A stretch of 14,587 nucleotides of DNA. Source: Candidatus Muiribacteriota bacterium (GTDB lineage Bacteria > Muiribacteriota > Muiribacteriia > Muiribacteriales > Muiribacteriaceae). The translations under genes were made by a program, and so were the position numbers. How positions within the stretch are numbered: position 1 is the first letter of the stretch; every line of letters starts with the position of its first letter. The stretch covers positions 1-14,587 of the forward strand of contig JBNJGP010000070.1 of NCBI GenBank assembly GCA_051747805.1, given 5' to 3'. The notes beneath the pieces were generated by a model, which worked only from the letters and a program-made list of their open reading frames with translations, ran no database searches and was not told the DNA's origin. This document shows, piece by piece, positions 14,580-14,587 of this stretch.

Positions 14580-14587
14580 TAAACATT

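Noticed and set aside
14524..14586. Minus-strand frame MFRNRTGSVPSSNLSLQRSA* at the right edge
   Set aside because: Too short and cut by the window edge. It may be the end of an upstream gene but cannot be supported from this sequence.

Overview
AT-rich bacterial window, standard genetic code, with ten closely packed genes all on the minus strand. They appear to form one operon read right to left from a sigma70-like promoter (14383-14411): GH57 alpha-amylase/4-alpha-glucanotransferase, ptsH (HPr), ptsI (Enzyme I), a 1389-aa protein (Zn-ribbon, ~400-aa acidic disordered region, 30 HEAT-like repeats), a NYN/PIN-fold nuclease with a Lys-rich tail, a secreted PHB-depolymerase/LpqC-like hydrolase lacking its catalytic Ser and His, cobO/btuR, trpS, murC, and a gene the ORF track missed (1331 to <1: 2TM-HAMP-degenerate GGDEF with an acidic 9-aa tandem repeat). 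The best candidate for an undescribed system is the PTS phosphorelay (no EII in the window) coupled to the giant acidic HEAT scaffold and the basic-tailed NYN nuclease. The gene arrangement is seen directly; the functional link is inference only. A GC-rich imperfect hairpin of unknown identity lies at the right edge. No CRISPR array, tRNA, rRNA or transposase was recognised.
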